Source: a virus (taxonomy: Duplodnaviria; Caudoviricetes). From it: a DNA stretch of 61,315 nt. How positions within the stretch are numbered: position 1 is the first letter of the stretch; every line of letters begins with the position of its first letter. The stretch spans positions 1 through 61,315 of the IMG/VR virus record IMGVR_UViG_3300043587_000032. One strand, given 5' to 3'. Position numbers and translations under genes: made by a program. Under the pieces are notes generated by a model. That model was not told the DNA's origin and ran no database searches. It was given only the letters and a program-made list of their open reading frames with translations. Shown piece by piece: positions 9,325-18,400 of this stretch.

Positions 9325-9603
9325 GACGTTCCTTCTGCTAGGTCGAGTTAGCGCTAGTCCTTGCTGGGACGCGGGTGCGGGCGGTCGTAGGTCGTTTGGG
9401 CGACGAAGACCACGAAGCGGCGGATACCTAAGGGTGTCCGCCGCTTCCGCGTACGTGGGGCGATAAAGTCATTGCGGCCGTTCACCTCCCGAGGTGTGTC
9501 GGGACGGTGAGAGGCAAGTGCGGCGGGATCCTGTGAGGGGTCCCGCCGCGCGCCAGCGGCCCGGGGTCACACGATCATAGACCCAAATCTCTCCCCCTCA
9601 AAA
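9325..9603 (-). promoter_or_regulatory. Promoter plus structured leader of the replication operon
   Basis: TTGAGG-N16-TATGAT near 9602-9574; three long GC hairpins and a 14-codon uORF. Confidence 0.6.
9428..9472 (-). CDS. Candidate leader peptide MTLSPHVRGSGGHP
   Basis: GGAGG within hairpin 2; stop codon in the loop of hairpin 3. Confidence 0.4.
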   Translation of the reverse strand: MTLSPHVRGSGGHP

Positions 9604-10134
9604 CAGGGTGGTGATCGGCGCGGCAGACCCCGCCGGAGGCAGTCCGTCAAGGTCCAATATGAGGTCATGTCCGAGCTTTGTGAGGGTCCAAATCTGGAAT
9701 TCTCGGCCGCGGTGCTCACGAGTTAGCCGGGTTGCCGTGACGAAACCGGCGTCGACCAGCTCACCGCGGCGGGGGCGTTCCGACGATTCGGCGATGCCTA
9801 CGTTCTGCTGGAGCTCGTAGTCCGTCTGGTCGCCGCGCTGGAGCAGGGACCGGAGGATGTTGTGGCGCTGCGTGCCGGACTTCACGACCAGGCTCGCGGC
9901 CGCCCTGCTCGTCTCAGGTGCGTCTCCCCGCTCCTTCCCGGTCCGGTCGTCCGCGGCGGCCAGTCGCTGGGCGTCCAGGGCATCTGAGAGCGTGCGGATG
10001 ACGCAGGCCAATTCGTGCTGCACGCCGCCGGAGACCTGCGCGAGGTCGCCGGGCGATCGGACCTTGTCCAGGTCGCGGGCGAGGTCCATCGCTCGCTGCG
10101 CGCAGGCGATGGACTGCCGGAGGGATTCGATCAT
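9598..10134 (-). CDS. DNA-binding protein with C-terminal wHTH
   Basis: GTQRHNIL..TDYEL..RPRRGELVDAGFV. Confidence 0.65.
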   Translation of the reverse strand: MIESLRQSIACAQRAMDLARDLDKVRSPGDLAQVSGGVQHELACVIRTLSDALDAQRLAAADDRTGKERGDAPETSRAAASLVVKSGTQRHNILRSLLQRGDQTDYELQQNVGIAESSERPRRGELVDAGFVTATRLTREHRGREFQIWTLTKLGHDLILDLDGLPPAGSAAPITTLF

Positions 10135-10418
10135 GGCTTGCCCTTCATGAGCTTCTCGTGTGGATCTTGAACGATGCCCCAATCGATCGCGGCGGCGTAG
10201 CCCTTGCCGGTGACGAAGATCCCGTAGATCAGGCCCGCGTGGGAGAGCTCGCGGTGGGCAGTGAGCAGGGACGGCGCTAGCACGTTCAGCGTGTCCCGGG
10301 TGAGCAGCCGGTGGGAAGGGTCGGTAATGAGCTCCTTCCGGACGGCCATGGCCAGGACCGCGTGCCGTTCATCGGTCTGGTCCATCTCGTAGTCGTCGCG
10401 CTTCGCCTTGCCCGTCAC
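10131..10418 (-). CDS. Hypothetical protein
   Basis: Start/stop overlaps with both neighbours. Confidence 0.6.
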   Translation of the reverse strand: MTGKAKRDDYEMDQTDERHAVLAMAVRKELITDPSHRLLTRDTLNVLAPSLLTAHRELSHAGLIYGIFVTGKGYAAAIDWGIVQDPHEKLMKGKP

Positions 10419-11119
10419 GGCTTCGCCTTCGGCTGCTCACGCGTGACCTTCACGCCCTTGAAATCGGTCTTCTTCGTGGTGGCCTGCTTCAGGGCGGCTG
10501 CCACCGTCTCGCCGCCCTCCATGCGCGCCACCGTCGCCGCCGCCGCGCGGACCTTCGAGACCTGCGGAACGAACTTGCCGAGCGAGGTGTAGACCGCCAT
10601 GGCGTCGGCGAGCAGCTCGGACAGCAGGCGTACCGCTTCCTCGCCGTCGCCATGAAACTCGGACTGGAACATCTTCACCAGCTGCTCGTGCCGGTCCGTC
10701 ATGAACTGGAAGGCGGTGGCGTTGCGCAGAGCGGACTCATCGAAGCTGTAGGAGTTCGCGGCGTCGATCTCGATCTTCAGGTCGGTGCCGTCGATGTCCG
10801 GAACGGTGATGCCCTGGTTCGGCACGCCGTCCTGCTCGCCAACGGCGGTGGCCAGGGTTTCCAGTACAGCGCTCTTGCGCACGTCGCGGGCGAAGTCGGC
10901 AAAGGCTCGGCCGTAGTCCGCCGCAGTCTCCGCAATGGCCCCGTACCGGCGGAACGCGTGGTAGTAGTCCTCGGGCAGCGGGTCGCCCTTCGCGGCAAGT
11001 GCCGTCTCTTCCTCCGCAATAGCCGCATCCAGCCCGGCGCGCAAGGTCCGCCGGAGGTCGGTGGCGGCCGGAAGCTTGCGGCCGTCGTGAAGGATCAATT
11101 CCTGATCGGGCTCGGTCAT
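10415..11119 (-). CDS. Hypothetical protein
   Basis: MTEPDQEL start overlapping the upstream stop. Confidence 0.65.
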   Translation of the reverse strand: MTEPDQELILHDGRKLPAATDLRRTLRAGLDAAIAEEETALAAKGDPLPEDYYHAFRRYGAIAETAADYGRAFADFARDVRKSAVLETLATAVGEQDGVPNQGITVPDIDGTDLKIEIDAANSYSFDESALRNATAFQFMTDRHEQLVKMFQSEFHGDGEEAVRLLSELLADAMAVYTSLGKFVPQVSKVRAAAATVARMEGGETVAAALKQATTKKTDFKGVKVTREQPKAKP

Positions 11120-11418
11120 CGGCGGGCGCCTTTCTTGGTCTCGACGAACTTGATGCGACCCTCGTAGATGGCGATGAAGAAATCCGCAAAGCCGCGGGTC
11201 TTGGCGAAGTCCTGCGGCTGGAGGGCGTTTTTCGGGTGGGCGTACTTGCTCGGGTGGTCGAGTAGTCCAAGCTGGAGAAGTGCCATCTTCAGCGCGTGCT
11301 TCGCGAAGCTCGGGTACTCGCGGAGGAGCCGTTCGGCGGATGTCCGGCCGTCGGCGTAGGCGTCGGGGTAGGCGCGCGCGAGGGCCTCGGATTCGACGCG
11401 CTTCACGAGATCGGTCAT
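11116..11418 (-). CDS. Hypothetical protein
   Basis: 100 aa with RBS, tight packing. Confidence 0.6.
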   Translation of the reverse strand: MTDLVKRVESEALARAYPDAYADGRTSAERLLREYPSFAKHALKMALLQLGLLDHPSKYAHPKNALQPQDFAKTRGFADFFIAIYEGRIKFVETKKGARR

Positions 11419-11421
11419 GGG

Positions 11422-11718
11422 CTAGTCCTTCGCGGTTTCGATGATGACCGGCCGGTCGCAGTCGAGTCCCGCGGTGTCGCGGGGAAGCTGGAAGGCGCAC
11501 GGTTCGCAGCAGTTCACGAGCTGCGTGGCGTGGCAGGCGAGCGGCAGGTATAGGCCGACCTCGATGGTGCGGTCCTCGAGCTGACAGACGGGGCAGTCGT
11601 CGCCGTAGTTGTCGACCTGGTCGGTCCAAACGCGGCGAAGCTCGATGGTGAGCGTGTCGCAGCCGGTGAGGCTGGTCTTCCGGGTGGCGAGGCTGGCCTT
11701 CCGGGTGGTGTGCGGCAT
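11422..11718 (-). CDS. Cys-rich putative zinc-binding protein
   Basis: CPVC..CH..CCEPC; leaderless ATG 7 nt after TAAGAT. Confidence 0.6.
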   Translation of the reverse strand: MPHTTRKASLATRKTSLTGCDTLTIELRRVWTDQVDNYGDDCPVCQLEDRTIEVGLYLPLACHATQLVNCCEPCAFQLPRDTAGLDCDRPVIIETAKD

Positions 11719-11754
11719 GACGTGGATCTTACCCCCTAAGTTGGGGGGACGCAA
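11719..11754 (-). promoter_or_regulatory. C/G-palindrome promoter-operator
   Basis: TTGCGT-C6-AACTTA-G5-TAAGAT. Confidence 0.75.
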
Positions 11755-11790
11755 GAGAGACCCCCGGGACTCGATCCCCAGGGGTCTCTC
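11755..11790 (-). terminator. Intrinsic terminator downstream of ssb
   Basis: GAGAGACCCC..GGGGTCTCTC hairpin; related to the hairpin at 34618-34654. Confidence 0.65.
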
Positions 11791-11860
11791 GTTCGCGTTC
11801 ACCTCTGCACAAAGGCTCGCGCTCACCAGCTGTATTGGAATACAGCTAGGAGTTCATCGG

Positions 11861-12394
11861 TCAGAACGGCGGTTCGTCCGGGAAGGACTGCTGGCCACCC
11901 TGTTGACCGTACGGCGGCGGTGCCGAGCCCCAGGGGTCATCGCCGCCGCCCTGCTGGTACTGGCCACCCTGCTGGCGGTTTTGCGGCGCCTGACGCTGCT
12001 GCTGGCCGCCCTGCTGCTGCCCGCCGCCGCGCTGTGCACGTTGACTCATCGCCGTGGCGAACTTCAGGTCAGGGCCACAGGTGTCCATCTGCACCTCGAG
12101 CGACTGGCCTTCCTTGCCCTCGCTGGAGGACCACTTCCGCAGGGACACGCGGCCGGTGACGGCAACGCGGTCACCCTTGTTGATGGACTCCGCAATGTTC
12201 TCAGCCATCTGGCGCCACGCAGTGCAGCGGTACCAGGTGGCATCGCCGTCCACCCACTCGCCGGTGCCCTGGTCCTTATTGCGCGGCGTGACGCACACGC
12301 TGAGCTGGACAACTGCGGCGCCGGACGGGGTGAACCGGAGTTCCGGATCCTGTCCGACATTGCCGACCAGTTGAATCGTCGCTTCGTTAGCCAT
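11861..12394 (-). CDS. ssb: Single-stranded DNA-binding protein
   Basis: GNVGQDPELRFTPSG OB-fold, G/Q tail, DEPPF end. Confidence 0.95.
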   Translation of the reverse strand: MANEATIQLVGNVGQDPELRFTPSGAAVVQLSVCVTPRNKDQGTGEWVDGDATWYRCTAWRQMAENIAESINKGDRVAVTGRVSLRKWSSSEGKEGQSLEVQMDTCGPDLKFATAMSQRAQRGGGQQQGGQQQRQAPQNRQQGGQYQQGGGDDPWGSAPPPYGQQGGQQSFPDEPPF

Positions 12395-12599
12395 TCGCGG
12401 GACTTCCTTCTTTCTCGTTTTCTTCGGTTTCCGGGTAGGTCGATTCGATCAGGCCCACCGCGAGCCGGGCGGCCCGGAGAGTGGTTGCGGCGATCTTGTC
12501 AGCGGTCAGCATGGACGGGATGTGCTCCGAACCAGCCTGCTTCGAGGCCACCTGCTTGCCGTCCACGTACACCAGCACCCATGCCTGGACGACAGTCAT
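12387..12599 (-). CDS. Hypothetical protein
   Basis: MTVVQAW start at the upstream stop. Confidence 0.55.
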   Translation of the reverse strand: MTVVQAWVLVYVDGKQVASKQAGSEHIPSMLTADKIAATTLRAARLAVGLIESTYPETEENEKEGSPANG

Positions 12600-13984
12600 C
12601 AGCGCCCGCCAGTCCAGCTGGAGCGGTCCGTGTTCGCCGTCGGACTGGTGAACGTCGTCTGCATCGAGCGGCTGATGGATTGGAAGCCGGACAGCTGCGC
12701 GCGGATCGTGTGGAGTAGGTCCCGCGTGCAGCGGACCAGCGTGGCGGACTCCGTCATCTCCCACGACTCGCGCTCGCACGAGATCGTGGCGTCGGCCTTG
12801 CGCTGGTCCGCCGACCTCGCGGTAGACAGCTTGATGGCCTTGGCGTACTTGATCGAATGCGCGTGCTCTGCGGCGTGGTTGCGGGCGAGTTGCTGCCGGA
12901 GGAAGAACTCGCCGTTTTCCAGCCGCTTGTTCAAGTTGACCATCTGCATTTCCACATCGAGCGGCGTGTAGATCTGCGTCGAGTCGAGCGCCGGGAGGTC
13001 CGAGATGATGGGATCGTTCGAGCCAGGCTCGGGCATGATCGGCGTGCCGGATCCAATCTCCGGCGTAGCCACCTCCCTAACCGGCGGGAGCTGCGCAACG
13101 TCGCGCCCGCCGCCGAACTCCTCGACGTAGCTCTCTTCCTGTCGGGCGGTAACCTCCCGGATCCCGTAGTGGTTGTGCATGGCACACCACCCGGAGTCCG
13201 GCATCGCGAGATCCTCGCAGCTCGTTGCCGCGTCGTCCTCATCGATCACCAGCGCGGTGCAGTAGCCAGCCTTCGGTTCGTCGTCGAACCGGCCGAACGG
13301 CTTCGAGGTCGTCTCGGACGGCACGACTTCGGTGCCCGCCGCGGGCTCGGGTTCCGGCTCGTAGCGGTAGGCGTGGGCGTTCGGATCCCACGTCGCGCCG
13401 TCGTCGAGGACCGCCGCCGGTTCGTCTCCACTGGCGGGGTGAACGGCCTGCGCTTCGTCACAGGTCTCGTCAGCCGTGACCACAAAGTCGTCGCCCTCGA
13501 CCGGCTTGCGCGCTGCCTGTACCAGCTCTTGAAACCTGGCGAGCGTCTCGGGCCGGATGACCGCATCCACTTCGGCCTGCGTCGGGAATTCGTCGCGCAC
13601 GATCTCGACGGGGCCGTAGTTACCCTCGATCACCTCGGGCTCCACAGTGGACTCGACAACGTCCGGAACCTCTTGCGGTGCCTCGGGGATGATTTCCGGA
13701 TAAGCCCCGAAGGCCCCCTTCCGCCCGCGAGCAGCTGCTACCGTCTCGGCTGCTTTCTGCCAGACGGCCTGTCCGGCTTCCGACTTCGGGCCGCGTTGGT
13801 CGGTGAGCTGGATAGGCGTCGGCTCGTAGCCGTCATCATCCGGCTCATCCTCGATCGGCCAGCCGAGCAGTTCCCCGCACGCGCAGACAATCCCGTCGTC
13901 TCCGATGTGCGGGTGCTTGCCCACATCCTTGTGTCCGGCGTGGTCCGGCCAAAACTCCGCAATGGTGACCTGTGCCGACGGCAT
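12599..13984 (-). CDS. Large acidic protein with C-terminal coiled coil (recombination module)
   Basis: Lies between erf and ssb; acidic linker, helical C-domain. Confidence 0.6.
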   Translation of the reverse strand: MPSAQVTIAEFWPDHAGHKDVGKHPHIGDDGIVCACGELLGWPIEDEPDDDGYEPTPIQLTDQRGPKSEAGQAVWQKAAETVAAARGRKGAFGAYPEIIPEAPQEVPDVVESTVEPEVIEGNYGPVEIVRDEFPTQAEVDAVIRPETLARFQELVQAARKPVEGDDFVVTADETCDEAQAVHPASGDEPAAVLDDGATWDPNAHAYRYEPEPEPAAGTEVVPSETTSKPFGRFDDEPKAGYCTALVIDEDDAATSCEDLAMPDSGWCAMHNHYGIREVTARQEESYVEEFGGGRDVAQLPPVREVATPEIGSGTPIMPEPGSNDPIISDLPALDSTQIYTPLDVEMQMVNLNKRLENGEFFLRQQLARNHAAEHAHSIKYAKAIKLSTARSADQRKADATISCERESWEMTESATLVRCTRDLLHTIRAQLSGFQSISRSMQTTFTSPTANTDRSSWTGGR

Positions 13985-13985
13985 A

Positions 13986-14741
13986 TCAGTACCCGCCTTC
14001 CGGCGCTGCCTGCCCGAGGGTGGCACCGGCCGCGGCGAAGTGGACCTTCAGGGCTGCACCGTTGACCTGGTAGCCGAGCAGGCTTCGCTCCTTCGCTGTG
14101 CCGATCATCGAGTTCAGGCGCTCGAGGGTGATGTCCGGTGCCTGCATCTGCTGGATGTACCACTGGGCGGCGGCCTCGCGCTTCTCTGCGGCCTGGCCGT
14201 CCTGGTTCACCGGCGGTGCCGAATTGGCCGGACGCTGGTTCTGCGGCCGTTGCTGCTGGCGGGCCTGCTGGTTCTGCACGGGCTCGTCTCCGGGGCGCTC
14301 GGCATCCGGGTCCTTCTCGCCGGTGGGCAGCGCGAAGGCCTGCGTCAGGGCTGTCTTCATGGCCATCGTGTGGGCCTTGTTGGTGGCCTTGTCCGAGGTG
14401 TCGGCGCTCTCGCCCATTGCCTCGAAGACCAGCTCAGAGCCGTCGACCAGGCTGGTGAAGATGAAGCGAACTCGCAGCGTGACGACGGTCATGACGCCGC
14501 CGTTGCTGGTCTTCTTCGAGGTGAGGTCCATCGAGGTGTCGAGGATGGCCGACTGGACGAACACGCCGTGCTTACGGAACGAGTCCCCCAGCGCGACCAT
14601 CGTGTCGTCGAACGAACGGAACTTGTAGCGGGTGTTGCCCTGGGCATACTGGCCGGTCTTCGGGACGCTGGTCACGTCCTTCATGACCCCCCAGATGGCG
14701 GCGTAAATGGCGCGAGGGGACTGCTGGGCAGGCGAGGTCAT
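13986..14741 (-). CDS. erf: ERF-family single-strand annealing protein
   Basis: YKFRSFDD..GESADTSDKATNKAHTMAMKTAL..FALPT. Confidence 0.85.
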   Translation of the reverse strand: MTSPAQQSPRAIYAAIWGVMKDVTSVPKTGQYAQGNTRYKFRSFDDTMVALGDSFRKHGVFVQSAILDTSMDLTSKKTSNGGVMTVVTLRVRFIFTSLVDGSELVFEAMGESADTSDKATNKAHTMAMKTALTQAFALPTGEKDPDAERPGDEPVQNQQARQQQRPQNQRPANSAPPVNQDGQAAEKREAAAQWYIQQMQAPDITLERLNSMIGTAKERSLLGYQVNGAALKVHFAAAGATLGQAAPEGGY

Positions 14742-14749
14742 TGCGTCTC

Positions 14750-15262
14750 TCAGTTCTCTTTGGCGGCGGCGGGCGTGGTGATGATCGTGCCCGTGTCGGT
14801 GTAGGCCAGAAGGTGGCGCTCGATTGCGGCTGGGACGCCCTCCCCGCTTGCCTCGATCTGCTCGGTGGCGATCTGCTTGGTCTCCTTCGGCACGGAGAAG
14901 CGGATCCGCCTGCGCACCTCGCCATACGGCCGCGGGCGGACCTTGCCGATGCCGAGTGCGACGGCCTCGGGCGTGCCGAGCTCGACGACGCGTTCGTCAT
15001 CGGCGGCGGCATGTTCGGCGATGTCGCGCGCGGCGAAGCGCTGCGGCCCGGGGATACTGTCCTTGACCAGGACGAAGCCGGTCAGCGGGCGGGCTTCGGC
15101 GGCCGCGGTGAAGAGTCCGGCGCGAGCAACAGCCGCCAGCTTTTCACCCTGCCGACGGGCGCGCAGCATCGCGGCGTCGTAGATCTCGTGACGGATCCAC
15201 ACCTCTACCGTGGTGACCGAGTCATCCTCGGTGGTCGTGTCGTCTGGCGTTGCTGTGTTCAT
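14750..15262 (-). CDS. Tandem ribbon-helix-helix regulator (candidate)
   Basis: Two RHH-like units (TVEVWIRHEIYDAA..GEKLAAVAR; RIRFSVPKETKQIA..GEGVPAAIERHL); leaderless. Confidence 0.65.
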   Translation of the reverse strand: MNTATPDDTTTEDDSVTTVEVWIRHEIYDAAMLRARRQGEKLAAVARAGLFTAAAEARPLTGFVLVKDSIPGPQRFAARDIAEHAAADDERVVELGTPEAVALGIGKVRPRPYGEVRRRIRFSVPKETKQIATEQIEASGEGVPAAIERHLLAYTDTGTIITTPAAAKEN

Positions 15263-15298
15263 GTGGCGTATCGTACCCCCCATGCCGGGGGGACACAA
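15263..15298 (-). promoter_or_regulatory. C/G-palindrome promoter-operator of the RHH gene
   Basis: TTGTGT-C6-GGCAT-G6-TACGAT, 7 nt, ATG. Confidence 0.75.
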
Positions 15299-15311
15299 GA
15301 GAGGACACGCC

Positions 15312-15743
15312 GTGAAGAACGCCGTACCCAACTGGAAGATGCTTCGGAAAGCGCTCTGGGAGCGCAGCGCCGGATACTGCGAGGTCAGCGGCATAGCGCT
15401 CGACCCCGACACGTTCGACGCGCACCACCGCCGCAACAAAGGCATGGGCGGGACGACACGCCCAGACCGCGACTCGCTACAGAACCTGATTGCCGTCGAT
15501 CCCGCGGTGCACAACGCGGCCGGGCCGGGAGCCCGCTCGATCCACGGCTCGAAGACCTGGAGCCAGCCGCGCGGCTACCTGCTTTGGCAGACGCAAGGCC
15601 CGCTGCTTACGCCGATGCACTACCGCGAGAAGCAGTGGGTGCTACTCACCGCGGACGGCGATTTCATCGAGGTGGACGAACCGGAGGGCGTGGACCTTGC
15701 GCCGGTCTTCAGCTCGCCGGTGAAGCGCGGCCAGTACCGCTGA
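15312..15743 (+). CDS. HNH endonuclease-like protein
   Basis: RSAGYCE..HHRRNKGMGG..NL...H; GAGGA RBS before GTG. Confidence 0.75.
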   Translation: MKNAVPNWKMLRKALWERSAGYCEVSGIALDPDTFDAHHRRNKGMGGTTRPDRDSLQNLIAVDPAVHNAAGPGARSIHGSKTWSQPRGYLLWQTQGPLLTPMHYREKQWVLLTADGDFIEVDEPEGVDLAPVFSSPVKRGQYR

Positions 15744-15750
15744 CGTGAAG

Positions 15751-15784
15751 CGGCCCCGGAACCTGCCGCAAGATTCCGGGGCCG
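15751..15784. terminator. Hairpin between convergent genes
   Basis: CGGCCCCGGAA..TTCCGGGGCCG. Confidence 0.65.
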
Positions 15785-15838
15785 ACGCCGCGCCTGCCCG
15801 GCACGGTATCCCGCGAAGGACACCGTCAGGATAACCCC

Positions 15839-18397
15839 CTACCCGGGGAAAGTCCGGATCGTCAGGGTGTCGGTCAGCTTCGCGCCGGATTCGCCGCCGG
15901 TGATGTTCCGCACGATGCCGACCACCGAGCCGTATGCCACCGTTGCGCCAGTCATGCCGGGCTGCCCCGGCCGGTCCGGATCCACGATACGCACCACGTC
16001 CTGGAGCTGGCGCCGCGGGTCTCCCGGCACCTCGACCGATTCGAAGCTCGTCTGCGGCTGCTTCACGTCCGCGAGCAGGTTCCCGGCGAGGTCACGCAAC
16101 CACTGGAGGTCCTGGTGGTAGTCGTCGGCGGGGAGGTTGTAGATCCGCTCTCGGTACCGCGCAATCGAGGTTCCGTCGGTGGCGGCCTCGACGACCACTG
16201 GCCGATCGAGGATGAGCGAGCCGCCGAACTTCAGGAACGCCGTCGAGTCATCCACCGCGAACTCCACCAGCTGTGAGCCGCTGAAGTTGCTGAGCACCAG
16301 CCGGGCGCGTCGGTTGCCGTAGTCGTAGTCGAACCAGCCCATGCAGATGGCTGCCGCCGCCGACGGCCCGAGCGGCGGCGGGTTGCTCGGGCTACGGGAG
16401 TTGGGCGTGTAGCTGGTCCAGCCCTCATCCCAGTAGTCCGGCTTGTAGTAGTCCATATAGGACTGCCAGTACAGGGTGGGCGGCGTGAGTCCTGAGTCGT
16501 AGCCCTGAGCGAAGGGGCGCCACGTCGCGTCGCCCATGCGAATCTGCATCACGTCGGTGAGCGACGTGGGGAACGGCCGGGCAACGGTGGACGGCTGGAG
16601 CAGGAACTGTCCGGCCTGCGACGACGCGTAGATCGTTTGGTACGGCCCGGCGGTGCGGAACTTCGCCGTGTATCCGATCTTGTTCGCCACGCTCGCATAG
16701 GTACTCAGGGGCGCGACGTTTGTCATCTGGTCGATCGTGAGGTCGTACATCACGTTGGCAACCAGCTGGCGGCCCTTGATGGTGGCCCGGTTGTCGAACG
16801 TCGCCACGCCCTGCTCGGTGAAGTAGAGCGCGCCCAGGTCGGCGCCGACGGCCGCCTGGAGCGGATCCCCGGCCGGATCGTTCTCGATGTTCGGTACCCA
16901 GAGCATCCGCTGCCCGGACAGATCCACTTTCGCGGTCTCGCGCGGCCGCGGTGGCGGGTCCATGGCGGGCTGGAGGTAGGAGCCGATGACGGCGTTGCGT
17001 TGCGCTACCCACTGCACGTATTGCATGCGCCCTTCGGCGTAGACGCGGGCCGAGTTCGTCTGTCCCTGAATCCAGGGGTAGGCGATGGTGCCGAGCCCGC
17101 CCGCGGTGCCGCCGTTCGTCGAATTCAGCGTGAGCACGCCGTCGAGCCACAGGGACCCGCTGACCTGGCCGGGGGTAAAGATCGTCACCCAGGACAGGAA
17201 GTGCCAGCCGGTGGCGAGCGCGGCAGTGGTCCAGGTCCAGGACTTGGTACTGCCCTCGTTCGTCACGATCATCCGGCAGATGCCGGTGCCGGTGTTCGCC
17301 TCGATCAGGACGTTCGCCGGGTACTGCGTCGCGCCCGAATAATCCCTGATCAGAGGGGATAGGTAGAACTGACTGAAGCAGTACTGGTTTGGGTTGGCGC
17401 GATCGATGTAGACCCACATTGTCGAGCCGAGCAGGTTCGAGTTCAGGCCGCCGTATCCCTGCGGCTCGTAGCGCTCCTTCGCCATCGCCCCGCCGCGCAG
17501 GTTCGTCAGGTACCGCAGGCCGGTCGTCTTCCACGTGCCGATGCCGTTTTTGCCCTTGAACGCGTAGCCGTACTTGCCGGGCGAGTAGCACTCGGCAGGA
17601 CGCAGCATTGCCGGAGAGCGCATCGGCACCGACTCGTCGCCGATGCCGCCGCCCGCGCCCCACACGTTGCCGTAGATCGTCGGCGGGATTCCCGCGATGG
17701 TGCCGATCTCCGGCAGCGTCGAGCCGTTCAGCGTCCATCCCAGGATGCACAGACTGTGAAGGTTCGGCCCCTCGTAGAACCCGGCGCGCCGAAGGAGTGC
17801 GTCAATCAGCCACGACATGGTGCCGGTGCCGGACTCGAGCGCTTCCTGAGAGTTCGCGGAGGCCGAATCGATAATGGACTCTCGCCGGTAGGCGTCGCAC
17901 GCCCACAAGTCCATTGTCTGGGCGATTTCCAGCTTTCCGCCACCATCGAAGCAGGTCATTGTCACCGCGCCGGTCACCCGGTCCGGGACTGCCGAGTCGA
18001 TCCAGCCGGTGAACTGGTCGGTAGCAACGATGCCGACCGCGGTGAGCGTGACAACTTGCAGGTACACCGGGATGTCCACGGCCCCGCCGGTGCCGTACGC
18101 GCCGTACCCGGAGTACGGGCTGAAGACCTTCCAGAGTGGCGTGCCGTCCGGCAGGTCTCCCGACAGCTGCATGGTCAGCTTCGCCGTCGAGAATCCCTCT
18201 GTGGTCTGCATCTCCGAGGGGATGACCCCGGCGAGCTGGCGATCGATCGAGCCGGAATCGAAGTACGCCGACATGTCCGAGAGCGCGTCGGCGTAGAGGT
18301 TGTTGCGGGCCCAATCGACCATGAGCTTGACGCCGAAGTAGCGCTTCTGCCCGGGGGCGAGCGCCGCAGCGAGGTCCGCGTTTCCGGCTTGCTGCAT
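15839..18397 (-). CDS. Minor tail protein (tail tip / hub)
   Basis: 852 aa, second gene after the tape measure; GDPRRQLQDVV motif. Confidence 0.75.
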   Translation of the reverse strand: MQQAGNADLAAALAPGQKRYFGVKLMVDWARNNLYADALSDMSAYFDSGSIDRQLAGVIPSEMQTTEGFSTAKLTMQLSGDLPDGTPLWKVFSPYSGYGAYGTGGAVDIPVYLQVVTLTAVGIVATDQFTGWIDSAVPDRVTGAVTMTCFDGGGKLEIAQTMDLWACDAYRRESIIDSASANSQEALESGTGTMSWLIDALLRRAGFYEGPNLHSLCILGWTLNGSTLPEIGTIAGIPPTIYGNVWGAGGGIGDESVPMRSPAMLRPAECYSPGKYGYAFKGKNGIGTWKTTGLRYLTNLRGGAMAKERYEPQGYGGLNSNLLGSTMWVYIDRANPNQYCFSQFYLSPLIRDYSGATQYPANVLIEANTGTGICRMIVTNEGSTKSWTWTTAALATGWHFLSWVTIFTPGQVSGSLWLDGVLTLNSTNGGTAGGLGTIAYPWIQGQTNSARVYAEGRMQYVQWVAQRNAVIGSYLQPAMDPPPRPRETAKVDLSGQRMLWVPNIENDPAGDPLQAAVGADLGALYFTEQGVATFDNRATIKGRQLVANVMYDLTIDQMTNVAPLSTYASVANKIGYTAKFRTAGPYQTIYASSQAGQFLLQPSTVARPFPTSLTDVMQIRMGDATWRPFAQGYDSGLTPPTLYWQSYMDYYKPDYWDEGWTSYTPNSRSPSNPPPLGPSAAAAICMGWFDYDYGNRRARLVLSNFSGSQLVEFAVDDSTAFLKFGGSLILDRPVVVEAATDGTSIARYRERIYNLPADDYHQDLQWLRDLAGNLLADVKQPQTSFESVEVPGDPRRQLQDVVRIVDPDRPGQPGMTGATVAYGSVVGIVRNITGGESGAKLTDTLTIRTFPG

Positions 18398-18400
18398 CGG

